A DNA stretch of 64,000 nucleotides from an uncultured Acidimicrobiales bacterium (GCA_963723995.1 CAVRSZ010000001.1:1581410-1645409); one strand, 5' to 3'; counted from the stretch's first letter, positions 38,856 through 48,704 are shown. Notes: generated by a model not told the origin, from the sequence alone. Made by a program: numbers and translations.

Positions 38856-40079
38856 ATGACCACCGGCGAGTTGGCACCACAACCACACAGCGACGATCTG
38901 ACGCCGTTGGAGACCGCTCTCGATGCCATGGTGGCAACCGACCCCGACTGCCTTCCTGTGGCCGAGCTGCTGGACCGGGCCTGTCGCCTGCAACGGTTGA
39001 CGGCCCGGCTCGACGCTCTACGGGCCACCGTGTTGGCCGCCGCCGATTCGGCGTCCGAAGCGCCCGGCGTGCTGAGAGAGCTCGGGTTTCGCAACGCCTC
39101 ACAAGTAGTGGCCGCCGAAACCGGGGCACCAGCCCGGGAGATCCACGCCACCGCCCGCACCGGGCGATGGCTCGATGAGTTCCCGGTCTTCGCTCAGGCG
39201 GCCGCCGAGGGGGTGTTGACCCTGCGACACCTGCGGGAATTGAAGAGCTTGGACACAGCCAACCGGCGAGACGCCCTGGTGGCGTCCCAGGACGAGTTGG
39301 TGGCTGCGGCTCGGGAACACGACTTTGTGGAGTTCACCAACCGGGTCACCGTGTGGTTGATCAACCACACCACGTCCGACGAGGTGCAAGAACAGGTCAA
39401 GAAGACCTCGTGCACCTGGAACACCAACACCGACGGGTCCATCGACGGCCGGTTCCACCTCGACCCGCTCTCAGCGGCCGCAGTCGGAACCGCACTGGGT
39501 GATGAGATGCAGCGCCTGTTCCGCCAACAATCCGAAGGGCCCGGCAACGCCGAAACACCGAATCGGCGGCGAGGCCAAGCCCTCGTTAGCCTGATCGTCG
39601 GTGGGGCCGAAACCCCTGGGTCGGCCACCACCACCCCGTTGGTGAACCTGGTCATCGGACAGAAGGTCTTGGAGAACCTCCTGGAGCGGTTCCTCGATCC
39701 TGACACAGCGACAATCGACGTCGATCGGGATGATCCCGACTACCGGTGTGAACGCATCGACGGGACACCAATCCACCCTGATCTTGCGTTTGTAGCCACC
39801 GCGGTGGCCGAGTTCGAACGGATCGTGCTCAACGAGAAGTCCAGAGTGATCGACATGTCGGTCAAAGCCCGGGGGTTCCCCGACTGGATGAAACGAGCGT
39901 TACTGATCGAAGCCAGAGGCAGATGTCGAACCCGGGGCTGTGATGCGCCCTACCACTGGTTGCAAGTTGATCATGTCGAACCCCACTCGAAGGGCGGGCC
40001 CACCAGCCTGGCCAACGGACAGATCCTCTGCGATCCAGACAACAAGTGGAAGCGCGATCTCGTACAGGCCGTGGCCTGA
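38856..40079 (+). CDS. DUF222 domain HNH endonuclease (REP13E12-type)
   Basis: The helical N-terminal region (LDRACRLQRLTARLDALRATVLAAAD...) is typical of DUF222. The C-terminal HNH reads CRTRGCDAPYHWLQVDHVEPHSKGGPTSLANGQILCDPDNKWK. I chose the start at MTTGELAP because of the leaderless promoter; the ORF track starts at 38808. Confidence 0.8.
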   Translation: MTTGELAPQPHSDDLTPLETALDAMVATDPDCLPVAELLDRACRLQRLTARLDALRATVLAAADSASEAPGVLRELGFRNASQVVAAETGAPAREIHATARTGRWLDEFPVFAQAAAEGVLTLRHLRELKSLDTANRRDALVASQDELVAAAREHDFVEFTNRVTVWLINHTTSDEVQEQVKKTSCTWNTNTDGSIDGRFHLDPLSAAAVGTALGDEMQRLFRQQSEGPGNAETPNRRRGQALVSLIVGGAETPGSATTTPLVNLVIGQKVLENLLERFLDPDTATIDVDRDDPDYRCERIDGTPIHPDLAFVATAVAEFERIVLNEKSRVIDMSVKARGFPDWMKRALLIEARGRCRTRGCDAPYHWLQVDHVEPHSKGGPTSLANGQILCDPDNKWKRDLVQAVA

Positions 40080-40212
40080 ACAAGGCGAGGACGAGCACTC
40101 CGCTCCACACCTGAACCTTGAAAACCGAATAGAACCCGGGCCGGGCCGTTGGACATCGAGAGAGGAGTACCACGATGGTGCTCATGTCGGTGAACGAGTG
40201 GAACCAATCCAT

Positions 40213-41154
40213 CTAGGTTCCGGCGTCCCCGCTCCACCGCATCAGACCCTCCTGGACGCAAGTGGCGACAAGTGACCCATCGGCCTGATACAGCCGTCCC
40301 GTGGTCAACCCCCGCCCCCGTCCGGTGGATTCGACCACCTGGTCGAACAGCAGCCACTGGTCGGCCACCGCCGGCCGGTGGAACCACATGGCGTGATCCA
40401 AACTGGCCCCGAGATTCGCCCGGTCGTGCCAGCGTCGACCGTGAGGAAGGTAGACATGGTCGATCAAGGTGGTGTCGCTGATGTAGGCCACGGCACAGTC
40501 GTGGACCCACTGCGGCTCACCGGTCAACGACTGCGACAGTCGCATCCACATCCGTTGGGGGGCATCGGTGGCCTCCGACCCCCGGGGCGGATCAAGATAG
40601 CGGATCTCCACCGGCCGGGCTGCGCCCCACCAGCCCTCGTCGCCGCCCCCCGCCCCGCCATCGAACCGATCACCGACCCCGGACACGTAGGCGTCGTAGG
40701 TCATCGGGGCCCGCTCCGGACCAGCGACCGTGGGCATGACGGGCTGATACTCCGGCCCCGGCTCGGGACGGTGAAACGACACCATCATCTGGAACAACAG
40801 CCGACCGCCCTGACTGGCCGACACGTTGCGCGCCGCAAACGACCGCCCATCGCGAATGACCTCGACGAGATACCGGGTACTCGAGCCGGGATCGCCGGGC
40901 CGCAGGAACTGGGCATGAAGGGAATGAACCCCGGCCGACGGCTCCCCGCCGTTACCGACGTCGCGGTCGTCGCCGGGCCGGTGGACCGTGCCATACGCGG
41001 CGGCCAGCCCCTGGGCCAGGAACTGCCCGCCGAACAACCGGCCCTCGGGCTCGGGACCCGGCGGTCCGTCCATCACCACGTCCGGGGGCCCGATGGGCGG
41101 CGTCGGCGACCCCGGCGACAGCCGCAGTAACGAGGTGAAGACCGTGGCCGTCAC
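40213..41154 (-). CDS. tesB: Acyl-CoA thioesterase II
   Basis: Contains GRLFGGQFLAQGLAAA...VHSLHAQFLRPGDPG..RYLVEVIRDGRSFAARNVSASQGGRLLF, a double hot-dog TesB pattern. The GTG 41154 start is tentative; the ORF extends to 41256. Confidence 0.75.
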   Translation of the reverse strand: MTATVFTSLLRLSPGSPTPPIGPPDVVMDGPPGPEPEGRLFGGQFLAQGLAAAYGTVHRPGDDRDVGNGGEPSAGVHSLHAQFLRPGDPGSSTRYLVEVIRDGRSFAARNVSASQGGRLLFQMMVSFHRPEPGPEYQPVMPTVAGPERAPMTYDAYVSGVGDRFDGGAGGGDEGWWGAARPVEIRYLDPPRGSEATDAPQRMWMRLSQSLTGEPQWVHDCAVAYISDTTLIDHVYLPHGRRWHDRANLGASLDHAMWFHRPAVADQWLLFDQVVESTGRGRGLTTGRLYQADGSLVATCVQEGLMRWSGDAGT

Positions 41155-41176
41155 GATCGGTGATGCCGCCCTGGCA

Positions 41177-41563
41177 CTACTCGCCTTCGACAGGCCGGGA
41201 GCGGATCGAGAACCGATCGCCGTAGAACCCGACGTGTCCGGCGATGGCGGCCACACCTTCCAGTGGCTCGGGGTAGTACCACACGCCGTCCTCGACCGTG
41301 GTGTCGTTCACCCGGACCGAGTAATAGGACGCCGATCCCTTGACCGGGCAATGTGTGGTGAGATCGCTTGGTTCCAGCAATTCGGAGCGAACATCGGACA
41401 GCGGGAAGTAGGGAACAGGGGTAAGTTCGGTGCCGTTGTAGTTTTCGAGGACCAACACCACGTCGGTCGATTCGGCCACCGGCACGCCGTCGTGGTCGAC
41501 CCGCCACAGCAGGTCGGAAGCCTCGGTGCGGGCGGTGTGGGACGGGCGGGGTGCGTTGCTCAT
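41177..41563 (-). CDS. DUF427 domain protein
   Basis: Only the last 128 codons of ORF 41177..42091 are protein-like: VPYFPLSDVRSELLEPSDLTTHCPVKGSASYYSV...VWYYPEPLEGVAAIAGHVGFY. ATG at 41563. Confidence 0.7.
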   Translation of the reverse strand: MSNAPRPSHTARTEASDLLWRVDHDGVPVAESTDVVLVLENYNGTELTPVPYFPLSDVRSELLEPSDLTTHCPVKGSASYYSVRVNDTTVEDGVWYYPEPLEGVAAIAGHVGFYGDRFSIRSRPVEGE

Positions 41564-41666
41564 ATCGGTCTCGGTTTTGCTCTTGGTGGGAGAACCGGCG
41601 ATCGGGGGACCGTTTCCAACCGGGTCAAGTCCGTGGAACGAACATCTTACATGGCATTCTTGATCC

Positions 41667-42995
41667 ATGACCGAGCCCACCGGCCAGCGATCGGGATCGA
41701 CCACCATACTCAGGAACGGACGGACCCTGGACCGGAGGTCGATCGTCGATCTCACCGTCACCGACGGAATCATCGCCGCCATCGAGCCATCGATCGAGCG
41801 GACAGCCCAATCCCACAGGGACCCGACAGGGGAGCCGGGCGGGGCACAGGCACGGGCCGCCACCGTCGTCGACCTCGGGGGTCGGCTGGTCCTGCCGTCC
41901 ATGGCCGAGCCCCACGCCCATCTGGACAAGGCGCTGGTGGCCGATGAGGTGCCGAACCCGACCGGTGACCTCACGGGGGCCATCGACGCCATGGACCGGG
42001 CGGCGGACCAGGGGCTCCTGAGCCACGACGCCGTGGTCGAGCGGGCGGCTCTCGCCGTGGAACTGTTGCTGGGCCGGGGGGTGACGGACATCCGCAGTCA
42101 CATCAACGTCGGCGACGGCTTCGGCGCCGCCTATGTGCGGGCCGCCACCGAGGTGCGGGACCGGATCCGCCATATGGTCGACCTCGACCTGGTGGCCCTG
42201 ACCCACAGCCCGGTAACCGGTGCCGACGGCGCCGGCAATCGGCGGGCCCTGGCCGACGCGATCGAGGCCGGCGTCGACGTCGTCGGCGGCTGCCCTCATC
42301 TGGAGGACGACCCCGAGGGCTCCATCGACCTGTTCCTCGAGGCGGCGACCGAGGCCGGTATCGGCCTCGACCTCCACATGGACGAAACCCTCGATCCGGC
42401 CGTGTTCCACCTGGACTATCTGGCCCGCCGGGTACTGGACACCGGCTTCGACCGTCCGGTGGTGGCCGGCCACAGCATCACTCTGGGATTGCAGGACTTG
42501 GCCACCCAGCACAAGACTGCCGGGCTGCTGGCCCGGGCCGGGGTGGCCGTGGTTGCCCTACCCCAGACCAACCTCTTCCTACAGGGCCGGGACCACCCGG
42601 TGGCCACTCCCCGGGCCCTGACCCCGGTCGCCGTGCTCCAGGACGCCGGGGTCACGGTGGTCGCCGGCGGCGACAACATGCAGGATCCGTTCAACCCCAT
42701 GGGCCGGGGCGACCAGCTGGAGATCGCCAACCTCATGGTGTTGACGGCCCACCGGCGGCCCGAGGTGGCCTTCGACATGGTGAGCAACCAGGTCCGGGCC
42801 ATGATGGGTCGGCCTCCGGTGGAGGTGGCGGTCGGTTCCCGGGCCGATCTGGTGGCCGTCCCCGCCTCCGGCATCCGCCATGCCCTGGCCACCCAGCCCC
42901 ACGACCGTCTGGTGTTCCGAGCCGGACGGCTGGTTGCCTCGTCGACGGCCACGTCCACGATTCACCACCATCACGGCCGGCCCGACGACCGGTAA
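41667..42995 (+). CDS. Amidohydrolase, cytosine deaminase (CodA)-like
   Basis: Metal-ligand pattern: EPHAHLDK, GGCPHLEDD, LDLHMDET, VAGHSITL, GGDNMQDPFNPMGRGD. Confidence 0.75.
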   Translation: MTEPTGQRSGSTTILRNGRTLDRRSIVDLTVTDGIIAAIEPSIERTAQSHRDPTGEPGGAQARAATVVDLGGRLVLPSMAEPHAHLDKALVADEVPNPTGDLTGAIDAMDRAADQGLLSHDAVVERAALAVELLLGRGVTDIRSHINVGDGFGAAYVRAATEVRDRIRHMVDLDLVALTHSPVTGADGAGNRRALADAIEAGVDVVGGCPHLEDDPEGSIDLFLEAATEAGIGLDLHMDETLDPAVFHLDYLARRVLDTGFDRPVVAGHSITLGLQDLATQHKTAGLLARAGVAVVALPQTNLFLQGRDHPVATPRALTPVAVLQDAGVTVVAGGDNMQDPFNPMGRGDQLEIANLMVLTAHRRPEVAFDMVSNQVRAMMGRPPVEVAVGSRADLVAVPASGIRHALATQPHDRLVFRAGRLVASSTATSTIHHHHGRPDDR

Positions 42996-43088
42996 ATCAT
43001 CGACCGACTGTACTACCGTTGGCAACAGGAGCCGGTGGTCGAAAACCGCCGGCCGGCCAAACCATGGCAGCAGCAGGGAGATATCGGA

Positions 43089-43361
43089 GTGAGCGAACGG
43101 ATTGTCCGACCCCGCCAGGGACGCATGATCGCCGGGGTGGCGGCCGGTATCGCCCGGCGCTACGGCTGGGACCCCACCCTGGTTCGCCTGGCCTTCGTGC
43201 TGTCGATCCTGCTGCCCGGCCCCCAGGTCATCCTCTACCTGGTCGCCTGGTTGGTCATCCCCGAAGAACCGGCGTCCGAACTGCCCCCGTACTACCAGGG
43301 CCCACCGGTTCCTCCCCCCGGCGACACTCCTCCGCCGCCTGCTCCGCCCTCAGCCGGGTAG
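43089..43361 (+). CDS. PspC domain membrane protein
   Basis: Contains RPRQGRMIAGVAAGIARRYGWDPTLVRLAFVLSILLPGPQVILYLVAWLVIPEE. A GTG start has GGGAG 8 nt upstream; the ORF track starts at 43035. Confidence 0.75.
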   Translation: MSERIVRPRQGRMIAGVAAGIARRYGWDPTLVRLAFVLSILLPGPQVILYLVAWLVIPEEPASELPPYYQGPPVPPPGDTPPPPAPPSAG

Positions 43362-44231
43362 GGGTACCCACGGTTCGTGGTCGCCGGGCACGGTGGGGAA
43401 ACGCTGAGCCCGCCAGTCGGCCTTGGCCTGCTCGATCCGGTCGAGGTCGGAGTGAACGAAGTTCCACCAGATGTGGCGCCGACCCACCGGTTCGCCCCCC
43501 AGGACGACGGCTCGACCGGTGCCGTTGAGCCGCGGTGACGAGCCCGGCCTCAGCACCACGAGGTGGCCGACCGGGAGGCGGTGGCCGTCCAGGTCGAGTT
43601 CGCTGTGCAGCGCCACCACCGCACGCTCGGCGTGATCGACCGGGATCGGCACCGATCCGCCGTCGAGATCGGCCGTGGCCAGCACCAGCGGGGACGACAC
43701 CCCAACCGGCGACACCAGGCCCCAGCCCGTGCCGGCCGACACCGTGACCCTGGCTCCTGGTCCACCGTCGCTCGGCATGTCGGCCCGTCGATGATGCTCG
43801 AACCCGGGCTCGAGTTCCTCGGCCTCGTCGGGAAGGGCAATCCACATCTGCAGGCCGTGCACCGAGCGGAATCTCGACCAATCGTCGGGATGCGGTCGCT
43901 CGGTGTGGGTGACCCCGGCACCGGCCGTCATCCAGTTCACGTCACCCGGTTCGATGGTCTGGACCACCCCGGTCGAGTCGCGGTGGACCATCCGGCCATC
44001 CAGCAGGTAGGTCAGTGTGGACAGACCGATGTGAGGGTGGGCGTCGACACCGCGATCGGAGTCGGGCGCCAACTCCTCGGGACCGATGTGGTCGACGAAG
44101 ATGAACGGACCGACCATTCGCCGCTGCCGAAACGGCAGGAGCCGCTCCACGGTCCCCGATCCGACCGGACGGGTCCGGGGGGCGATGGTCAGCTCGACGG
44201 CTGCAGCGCCGGTGACATCGGGGGCCGTCAT
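43350..44231 (-). CDS. Pirin family protein
   Basis: Contains RRMVGPFIFVDHIGP...DAHPHIGLSTLTYLLDGRMVHRDSTG...GDVNWMTAGAGVTHTE. Confidence 0.85.
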   Translation of the reverse strand: MTAPDVTGAAAVELTIAPRTRPVGSGTVERLLPFRQRRMVGPFIFVDHIGPEELAPDSDRGVDAHPHIGLSTLTYLLDGRMVHRDSTGVVQTIEPGDVNWMTAGAGVTHTERPHPDDWSRFRSVHGLQMWIALPDEAEELEPGFEHHRRADMPSDGGPGARVTVSAGTGWGLVSPVGVSSPLVLATADLDGGSVPIPVDHAERAVVALHSELDLDGHRLPVGHLVVLRPGSSPRLNGTGRAVVLGGEPVGRRHIWWNFVHSDLDRIEQAKADWRAQRFPTVPGDHEPWVPLPG

Positions 44232-44704
44232 CGAACCGGCTCCTCGACCGAGCGGGCACGGCGCAGCCGATCCATGACCGTGGTGATCGTGTCCAGTTCG
44301 TCGGGGCCGAGGCGGTCGAAGTATTCGGACTGGAGCTCGTCGAGATGGGTGCGGGTGGCGGCATCCAGCTTGGCCCTACCGACCTCGGTCAGGCGAGCCC
44401 AATGGACTCGCCGGTCCTCGGGGCAGGCTTTTCGTTCCACATAGCCCGCTTCGACCAGGCGGTCGACCAGGCGGGTCACTCCCCCGCTGGTGATGGCCAG
44501 CTGGTCGGCCAGCTCGCTCATCATCAGCTCGTGGTTGGGGGAACGCCCGAGCCGGAGCATCACCTCGAACCAGGCCATCGACAGGCCGCTGTCGGACCGC
44601 AGCGATCGTTCCAGCTGGCGGTGCAGCCGACCGAACCCCTCGGCCAGCATGCCGAAACGGGTGATGCGGTCATCGAGGTAGCTGGGAACGGGTGATGTGG
44701 CCAC
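44228..44704 (-). CDS. MarR family transcriptional regulator
   Basis: Winged helix: MSELADQLAITSGGVTRLVDRLVEAGYVERKACPEDRRVHWARLTEVGRAKL. There is an ATGA overlap with the pirin gene. Confidence 0.85.
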   Translation of the reverse strand: MATSPVPSYLDDRITRFGMLAEGFGRLHRQLERSLRSDSGLSMAWFEVMLRLGRSPNHELMMSELADQLAITSGGVTRLVDRLVEAGYVERKACPEDRRVHWARLTEVGRAKLDAATRTHLDELQSEYFDRLGPDELDTITTVMDRLRRARSVEEPVR

Positions 44705-44710
44705 GGTTCC

Positions 44711-44773
44711 ACTCTAGCCGGCAACTATCTGATTCATCAAAGGTTGACAAATCAGGCAACTCTCCAATAGAGT
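44711..44773. promoter_or_regulatory. Divergent marR / yceI promoters with shared inverted repeat
   Basis: Minus strand: TTGATG (44735..44740), 18-nt spacer, TAGAGT (44711..44716), then 6 nt to the GTG at 44704, so marR is leaderless. Plus strand: TTGACA (44744..44749), 18-nt spacer, TAGAGT (44768..44773). The inverted repeat CTGATT (44729..44734) / AATCAG (44750..44755) brackets both -35 boxes. It is flanked by direct GGCAACT repeats. Confidence 0.45.
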
Positions 44774-44933
44774 ACTTTAGAGTGTCATTAGCTGACAGAT
44801 CAACCAATGACCGATCATGGAGTATCGCACCGCCGGGAAACAGCACCGTCGTGAAGTCCCGGCAAGGCCACACTCCATCCCCCTACAGCGAATCGAGGCG
44901 TCGACGTTCGGTCGACGAGAAAGCGAGACTCTC

Positions 44934-45479
44934 ATGAGCAACCTTCCCACTCCCGGTCGTTACACGATCGATCCCACCCATTCCAGCATCGACTTCGTGG
45001 TTCGACATCTGATGGCGGCCAAGGTTCGGGGCGGTTTCACCTCGTTCTCCGGCGCCGTGACCGTCGGTGAGACGATCGAGGCGTCCTCGGTCGAGGTCCA
45101 GATCGAGGTGGCCTCAATCGACACCGGGGTGGAGGACCGGGACAACCATCTCCGCTCGGCCGACTTCTTCGATGTCGAGAAGAACCCGACGGCGCGCTTC
45201 GTCTCCACTGCGGTCAACGCCAAGGGTGGCGAACACTACGCCGTCACCGGCGACCTCACCATCGCCGGTGTCACCAAGTCGGTCGACCTCGACATGGAGT
45301 TCGCCGGACAGGTCGTCGACCCGTGGGGCAACAAACGCCTGGTGTTCAGCGCCTCCACCGAGATCAACCGGGAGGACTTCGGCCTGACGTGGAACCAGAC
45401 ACTGGAGACCGGCGGTGTACTGGTGTCCAAGAACGCCAAGATCGAAATCGAGGTCCAGGTGGTGCAGGCGGGCGACTGA
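44934..45479 (+). CDS. YceI family periplasmic/lipid-binding protein
   Basis: Contains YTIDPTHSSIDFVVRHLMAAKVRGGFTSFSG...VASIDTGVEDRDNHLRSADFFDVEKNPTARF...GDLTIAGVTKSV. Confidence 0.85.
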   Translation: MSNLPTPGRYTIDPTHSSIDFVVRHLMAAKVRGGFTSFSGAVTVGETIEASSVEVQIEVASIDTGVEDRDNHLRSADFFDVEKNPTARFVSTAVNAKGGEHYAVTGDLTIAGVTKSVDLDMEFAGQVVDPWGNKRLVFSASTEINREDFGLTWNQTLETGGVLVSKNAKIEIEVQVVQAGD

Positions 45480-45509
45480 TCGCCAATCCTCCAGCCGGTG
45501 GTGGAGGGC

Positions 45510-45995
45510 TCAGGCCCCCTTGGCCAGGTCCTCCACCACCTCGGCGCCGACGGCCAGGAGAATGTCGGGCGGGGCCAGGATTTTCCGGTCCCTCCCGCCG
45601 CCACCCAGCACGATACGATCCCGCTCCATGACCCGGGCGTCGATCCAAAGGGGGAGATCCCCGGGGAGCCCGAACGGCGTGACGCCTCCGATCGTCATGC
45701 CGGTCAACCGCTCGGTTTCGTCACCGCCGGCAAACGACGCCTTGCGAACCCCGAGCCGCTTGCGCACCACCTTGTTGACATCGAGCCTGGTGGTGGCCAA
45801 CACGACGCAGGCGGCGTAGACCGGCGGCTCCGACTTGCCGACCACGACGATGGTGTTGGCCGAGTCCTCCATGGCATAGCCGTAGGCCTCACAGAAACGG
45901 GCGGTGTCGGCCAATTCGGGGTCGCAGTCGACCAGCTCGTAGGAGACGCCGGTCGCTTCCAGGGCCTCGATCAGGGTGTCGGAGGAACGGGTCAT
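45510..45995 (-). CDS. YbaK/EbsC-family aminoacyl-tRNA editing domain protein
   Basis: Contains NTIVVVGKSEPPVYAACVVLATTRLDVNKVVRKRLGVRKASFA...ERLTGMTIGGVTPFGLP...IDARV. The start at ATG 45995 gives 161 aa. Confidence 0.7.
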   Translation of the reverse strand: MTRSSDTLIEALEATGVSYELVDCDPELADTARFCEAYGYAMEDSANTIVVVGKSEPPVYAACVVLATTRLDVNKVVRKRLGVRKASFAGGDETERLTGMTIGGVTPFGLPGDLPLWIDARVMERDRIVLGGGGRDRKILAPPDILLAVGAEVVEDLAKGA

Positions 45996-46116
45996 CGGGC
46001 GCAGTGTAGGGTCGATGGAGGGCTCGGCCACAGTTGTCATAGGTGGCATTGCCGCCGCCGCAGTTCTGACCGGGGCCGGAACTCAGCACTTCGTGTGTTG
46101 CGCCGACCATGCCTTC

Positions 46117-47241
46117 ATGAAGCGTCGTTTGGCAAGAGTGAAACGGTACCTCGCGGGCCGGAACACCGACCCCCGCCTCTCCCAGTACCGTCCTCGACCG
46201 GCGCTGCGGCTACCGGTCACGACGGTGGACGAACCGTGCCACGCGGTCATCGACGCCCACAACCATCTCGGTCGATGGCTGAGCGATGGCCGGTGGATGA
46301 TCGGCGATGTCGAGGATCTGCTGGCGGCCATGGACGCCGCCGGGGTGCAGACGGTGGTCAACCTCGACGGCCGGTGGGGCCGGGAGCTGGTCGACAATCT
46401 CCAACGCTATGACCGGGCCCACCCCGATCGATTCGTGACCTTCTGTCACGTCGACTGGTCCATGCTGGCCACCGGCGACGACCCCCGGCCGTTGATCGAG
46501 CACCTGCAGCACAGCGTGGAGGCCGGGGCCAAGGGGGTGAAGGTGTGGAAGGACCTGGGCCTGATGTTCCGAGACCAGTCCGGCCGCCTTCTCGGCCCCG
46601 ACGACGAGCGGGTGATCCCGGTCATCCGATCGGCCGGAGCAGCGGGGGTGCCGGTGCTGATCCACACCGCCGATCCCCTCGCCTTCTTCCAACCGCTGGA
46701 TCATCACAACGAACGTCTCGAGGAACTGCTGGGCCATCCCGAGTGGTGGTTCGGCGGCCCCGAACACCCGGACTTCTGGCACTTGCTCAATGGGTTGGAG
46801 CGCTTGGTCGCGGCCTGCCCCGACACCACCTTCATCGGCGCCCATGTCGGGAACTGCGCCGAGGATCTGTTGTGGGTCGACCGCATGCTCGGCACCTACG
46901 CCAACTTCCACATCGATCTCGGTGGCCGTATGGCCGAGTTGGGACGTCAGCCCCGGGCCGCCCATCGGCTCATCACCACCCACGCCGACCGGGTGCTGTT
47001 CGGCACCGACATCTACCCGGTGAAGACCGAGGACTATCGCCTCTGGTATCGGTTCATGGAGTCCGAGGACGAGTGTTTCGACTATGCCCCGGGCTGCCGG
47101 GTCCCGCCCCAGGGCCGATGGCAGGTGTCCGGCCTGGGACTGCCACCCGATGTGCTGGCCAAGGTCTACTACGAGAACGCCCGGCGGCTACTCGGCCTTG
47201 GCCGGGCCCGGCCGGCATCGGTCACCACCATGTCCGCCTGA
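46117..47241 (+). CDS. Amidohydrolase family (TIM-barrel metal-dependent hydrolase)
   Basis: Contains VIDAHNHLG, GAKGVKVWKDLG, VPVLIHTADP, IGAHVGN, LFGTDIYP. Start at ATG 46117 (MKRRLARV). Confidence 0.75.
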   Translation: MKRRLARVKRYLAGRNTDPRLSQYRPRPALRLPVTTVDEPCHAVIDAHNHLGRWLSDGRWMIGDVEDLLAAMDAAGVQTVVNLDGRWGRELVDNLQRYDRAHPDRFVTFCHVDWSMLATGDDPRPLIEHLQHSVEAGAKGVKVWKDLGLMFRDQSGRLLGPDDERVIPVIRSAGAAGVPVLIHTADPLAFFQPLDHHNERLEELLGHPEWWFGGPEHPDFWHLLNGLERLVAACPDTTFIGAHVGNCAEDLLWVDRMLGTYANFHIDLGGRMAELGRQPRAAHRLITTHADRVLFGTDIYPVKTEDYRLWYRFMESEDECFDYAPGCRVPPQGRWQVSGLGLPPDVLAKVYYENARRLLGLGRARPASVTTMSA

Positions 47242-47381
47242 CTCCATTGTCTCATCCGAGCTTCTGTCCCTCGCCGTCCCCCTCTTGGGACGAGGAGCGG
47301 CAAGAGATTGGGGATTGGGGGACGAGGAGCCGCAACAGCTCCGGGTTTGCGAGACGATGAGTCGCCGAAGCCGGCGGGCGC

Positions 47382-48704
47382 TCAGGACGAGCCGGTGAAG
47401 CTGGGGCCCCGGTGCTCGTGCAGGGAGGCAATGCCGGCCGCCTTGTCCGCCTCACGATTCCTGACCTCGGCCCGGGCCACCACGAAGTGGTGGACCTCGT
47501 CGGGACCGTCGGCCAGGCGCAGGGTGCGCTGGGAGTGCCACATCTCGGGCAGCGGGAACCACTGGCTGATGCCGGCGGCACCGTGCATCTGGATGGCCTC
47601 GTCGATGATGTCACAGCACTTCTCGGGCACCATGGCCTTCACCGCGCTGACCCAGATCCGGGCCTCGGCGTTGCCCAGGGTGTCCATGGCCTTTGCCGCC
47701 CGCAGCACCATGAGCCGCATGGCCTCGACCTCGATGCGGGATCGGGACAGCACCTCCATGTTCTTGCCCAGGTTGATGAGCTTCTTGCCGAAGCCCTCAC
47801 GGCTGGTGCCCCGGTCGACCATCATCTCGATGGCCTTCTCGGCCGCCCCGATGGAGCGCATGCAGTGGTGGATGCGTCCCGGGCCCAGGCGGAGCTGGGA
47901 GATCTCGAACCCTCGGCCCTCACCCCACAGGATGTTCTCCTTCGGCACCCGGACATCGTTGAACCGGATGTGCATGTGGCCGTGAGGGGCATCGTCCTGG
48001 CCGAAGACATGCATGCCCTCCACGATCTCCACTCCAAGGGTGTCCTTGGGGACCAGGATCTGGGACTGCTGTTTGTAGGTGTCGGCCTCGGGGTTGGTCT
48101 TGACCATGGTGATCATGATCTTGCACCGGGGATCACCGGCCCCCGAGATGTAGAACTTCTGCCCGTTGATGACCCACTCGTCGCCGTCGAGATAGGCACT
48201 GGTCTCGATCTGCTTGGCGTCCGAACTCATGACCTGGGGTTCGGTCATGGCATAGGCAGAACGGATCTTGCCCTCCAGCAGCGGCTCCAACCACTGCTTC
48301 TTCTGCTCCGGGGTGCCGACCCGCTCCAGCACCTCCATGTTCCCGGTGTCGGGGGCCGAACAGTTCAGGCACTCGGAGGCCAGCCGGTTCTTGCCCAGCT
48401 CGTTGGCGATGTAGGCGTAGTCGAGGTTGCTGAGACCCTGTCCGGTTTCGGCGTCGGGCAGGAAGAAGTTCCACAGCCCCTTCTCCCGGGCCTTGTTCTT
48501 GGCTCCTTCCAGCAGCTCGAGCTGGCCGGGGGCCCAGCTCCAGCGGTCCTCCCGACCCTCGCCCAACCGGTAGAACTCCTCGGTGATGGGGTCCACCTCG
48601 TCGCGTATGAAGGCCTTCACCGCCTCGTAGAGCGGACGTACCTCCTCCGACATGCGCAGGTCGAAGTCGTCCATGCTGGCGCTCTTCAGTGCTCCACCGG
48701 TCAT
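47382..48704 (-). CDS. Acyl-CoA dehydrogenase
   Basis: Contains AYAMTEPQVMSSDAKQIETSA...DEWVINGQKFYISGAGDPRC...RIHHCMRSIGAAEKA...QMHGAAGIS...RTLRLADGPDEVH. Confidence 0.9.
   Translation of the reverse strand: MTGGALKSASMDDFDLRMSEEVRPLYEAVKAFIRDEVDPITEEFYRLGEGREDRWSWAPGQLELLEGAKNKAREKGLWNFFLPDAETGQGLSNLDYAYIANELGKNRLASECLNCSAPDTGNMEVLERVGTPEQKKQWLEPLLEGKIRSAYAMTEPQVMSSDAKQIETSAYLDGDEWVINGQKFYISGAGDPRCKIMITMVKTNPEADTYKQQSQILVPKDTLGVEIVEGMHVFGQDDAPHGHMHIRFNDVRVPKENILWGEGRGFEISQLRLGPGRIHHCMRSIGAAEKAIEMMVDRGTSREGFGKKLINLGKNMEVLSRSRIEVEAMRLMVLRAAKAMDTLGNAEARIWVSAVKAMVPEKCCDIIDEAIQMHGAAGISQWFPLPEMWHSQRTLRLADGPDEVHHFVVARAEVRNREADKAAGIASLHEHRGPSFTGSS

Noticed and set aside
41564-42091. Upstream 176 codons of ORF 41177..42091.
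   Set aside because: It is low in complexity and antisense to the amidohydrolase gene. The DUF427 similarity is confined to the last 128 codons.
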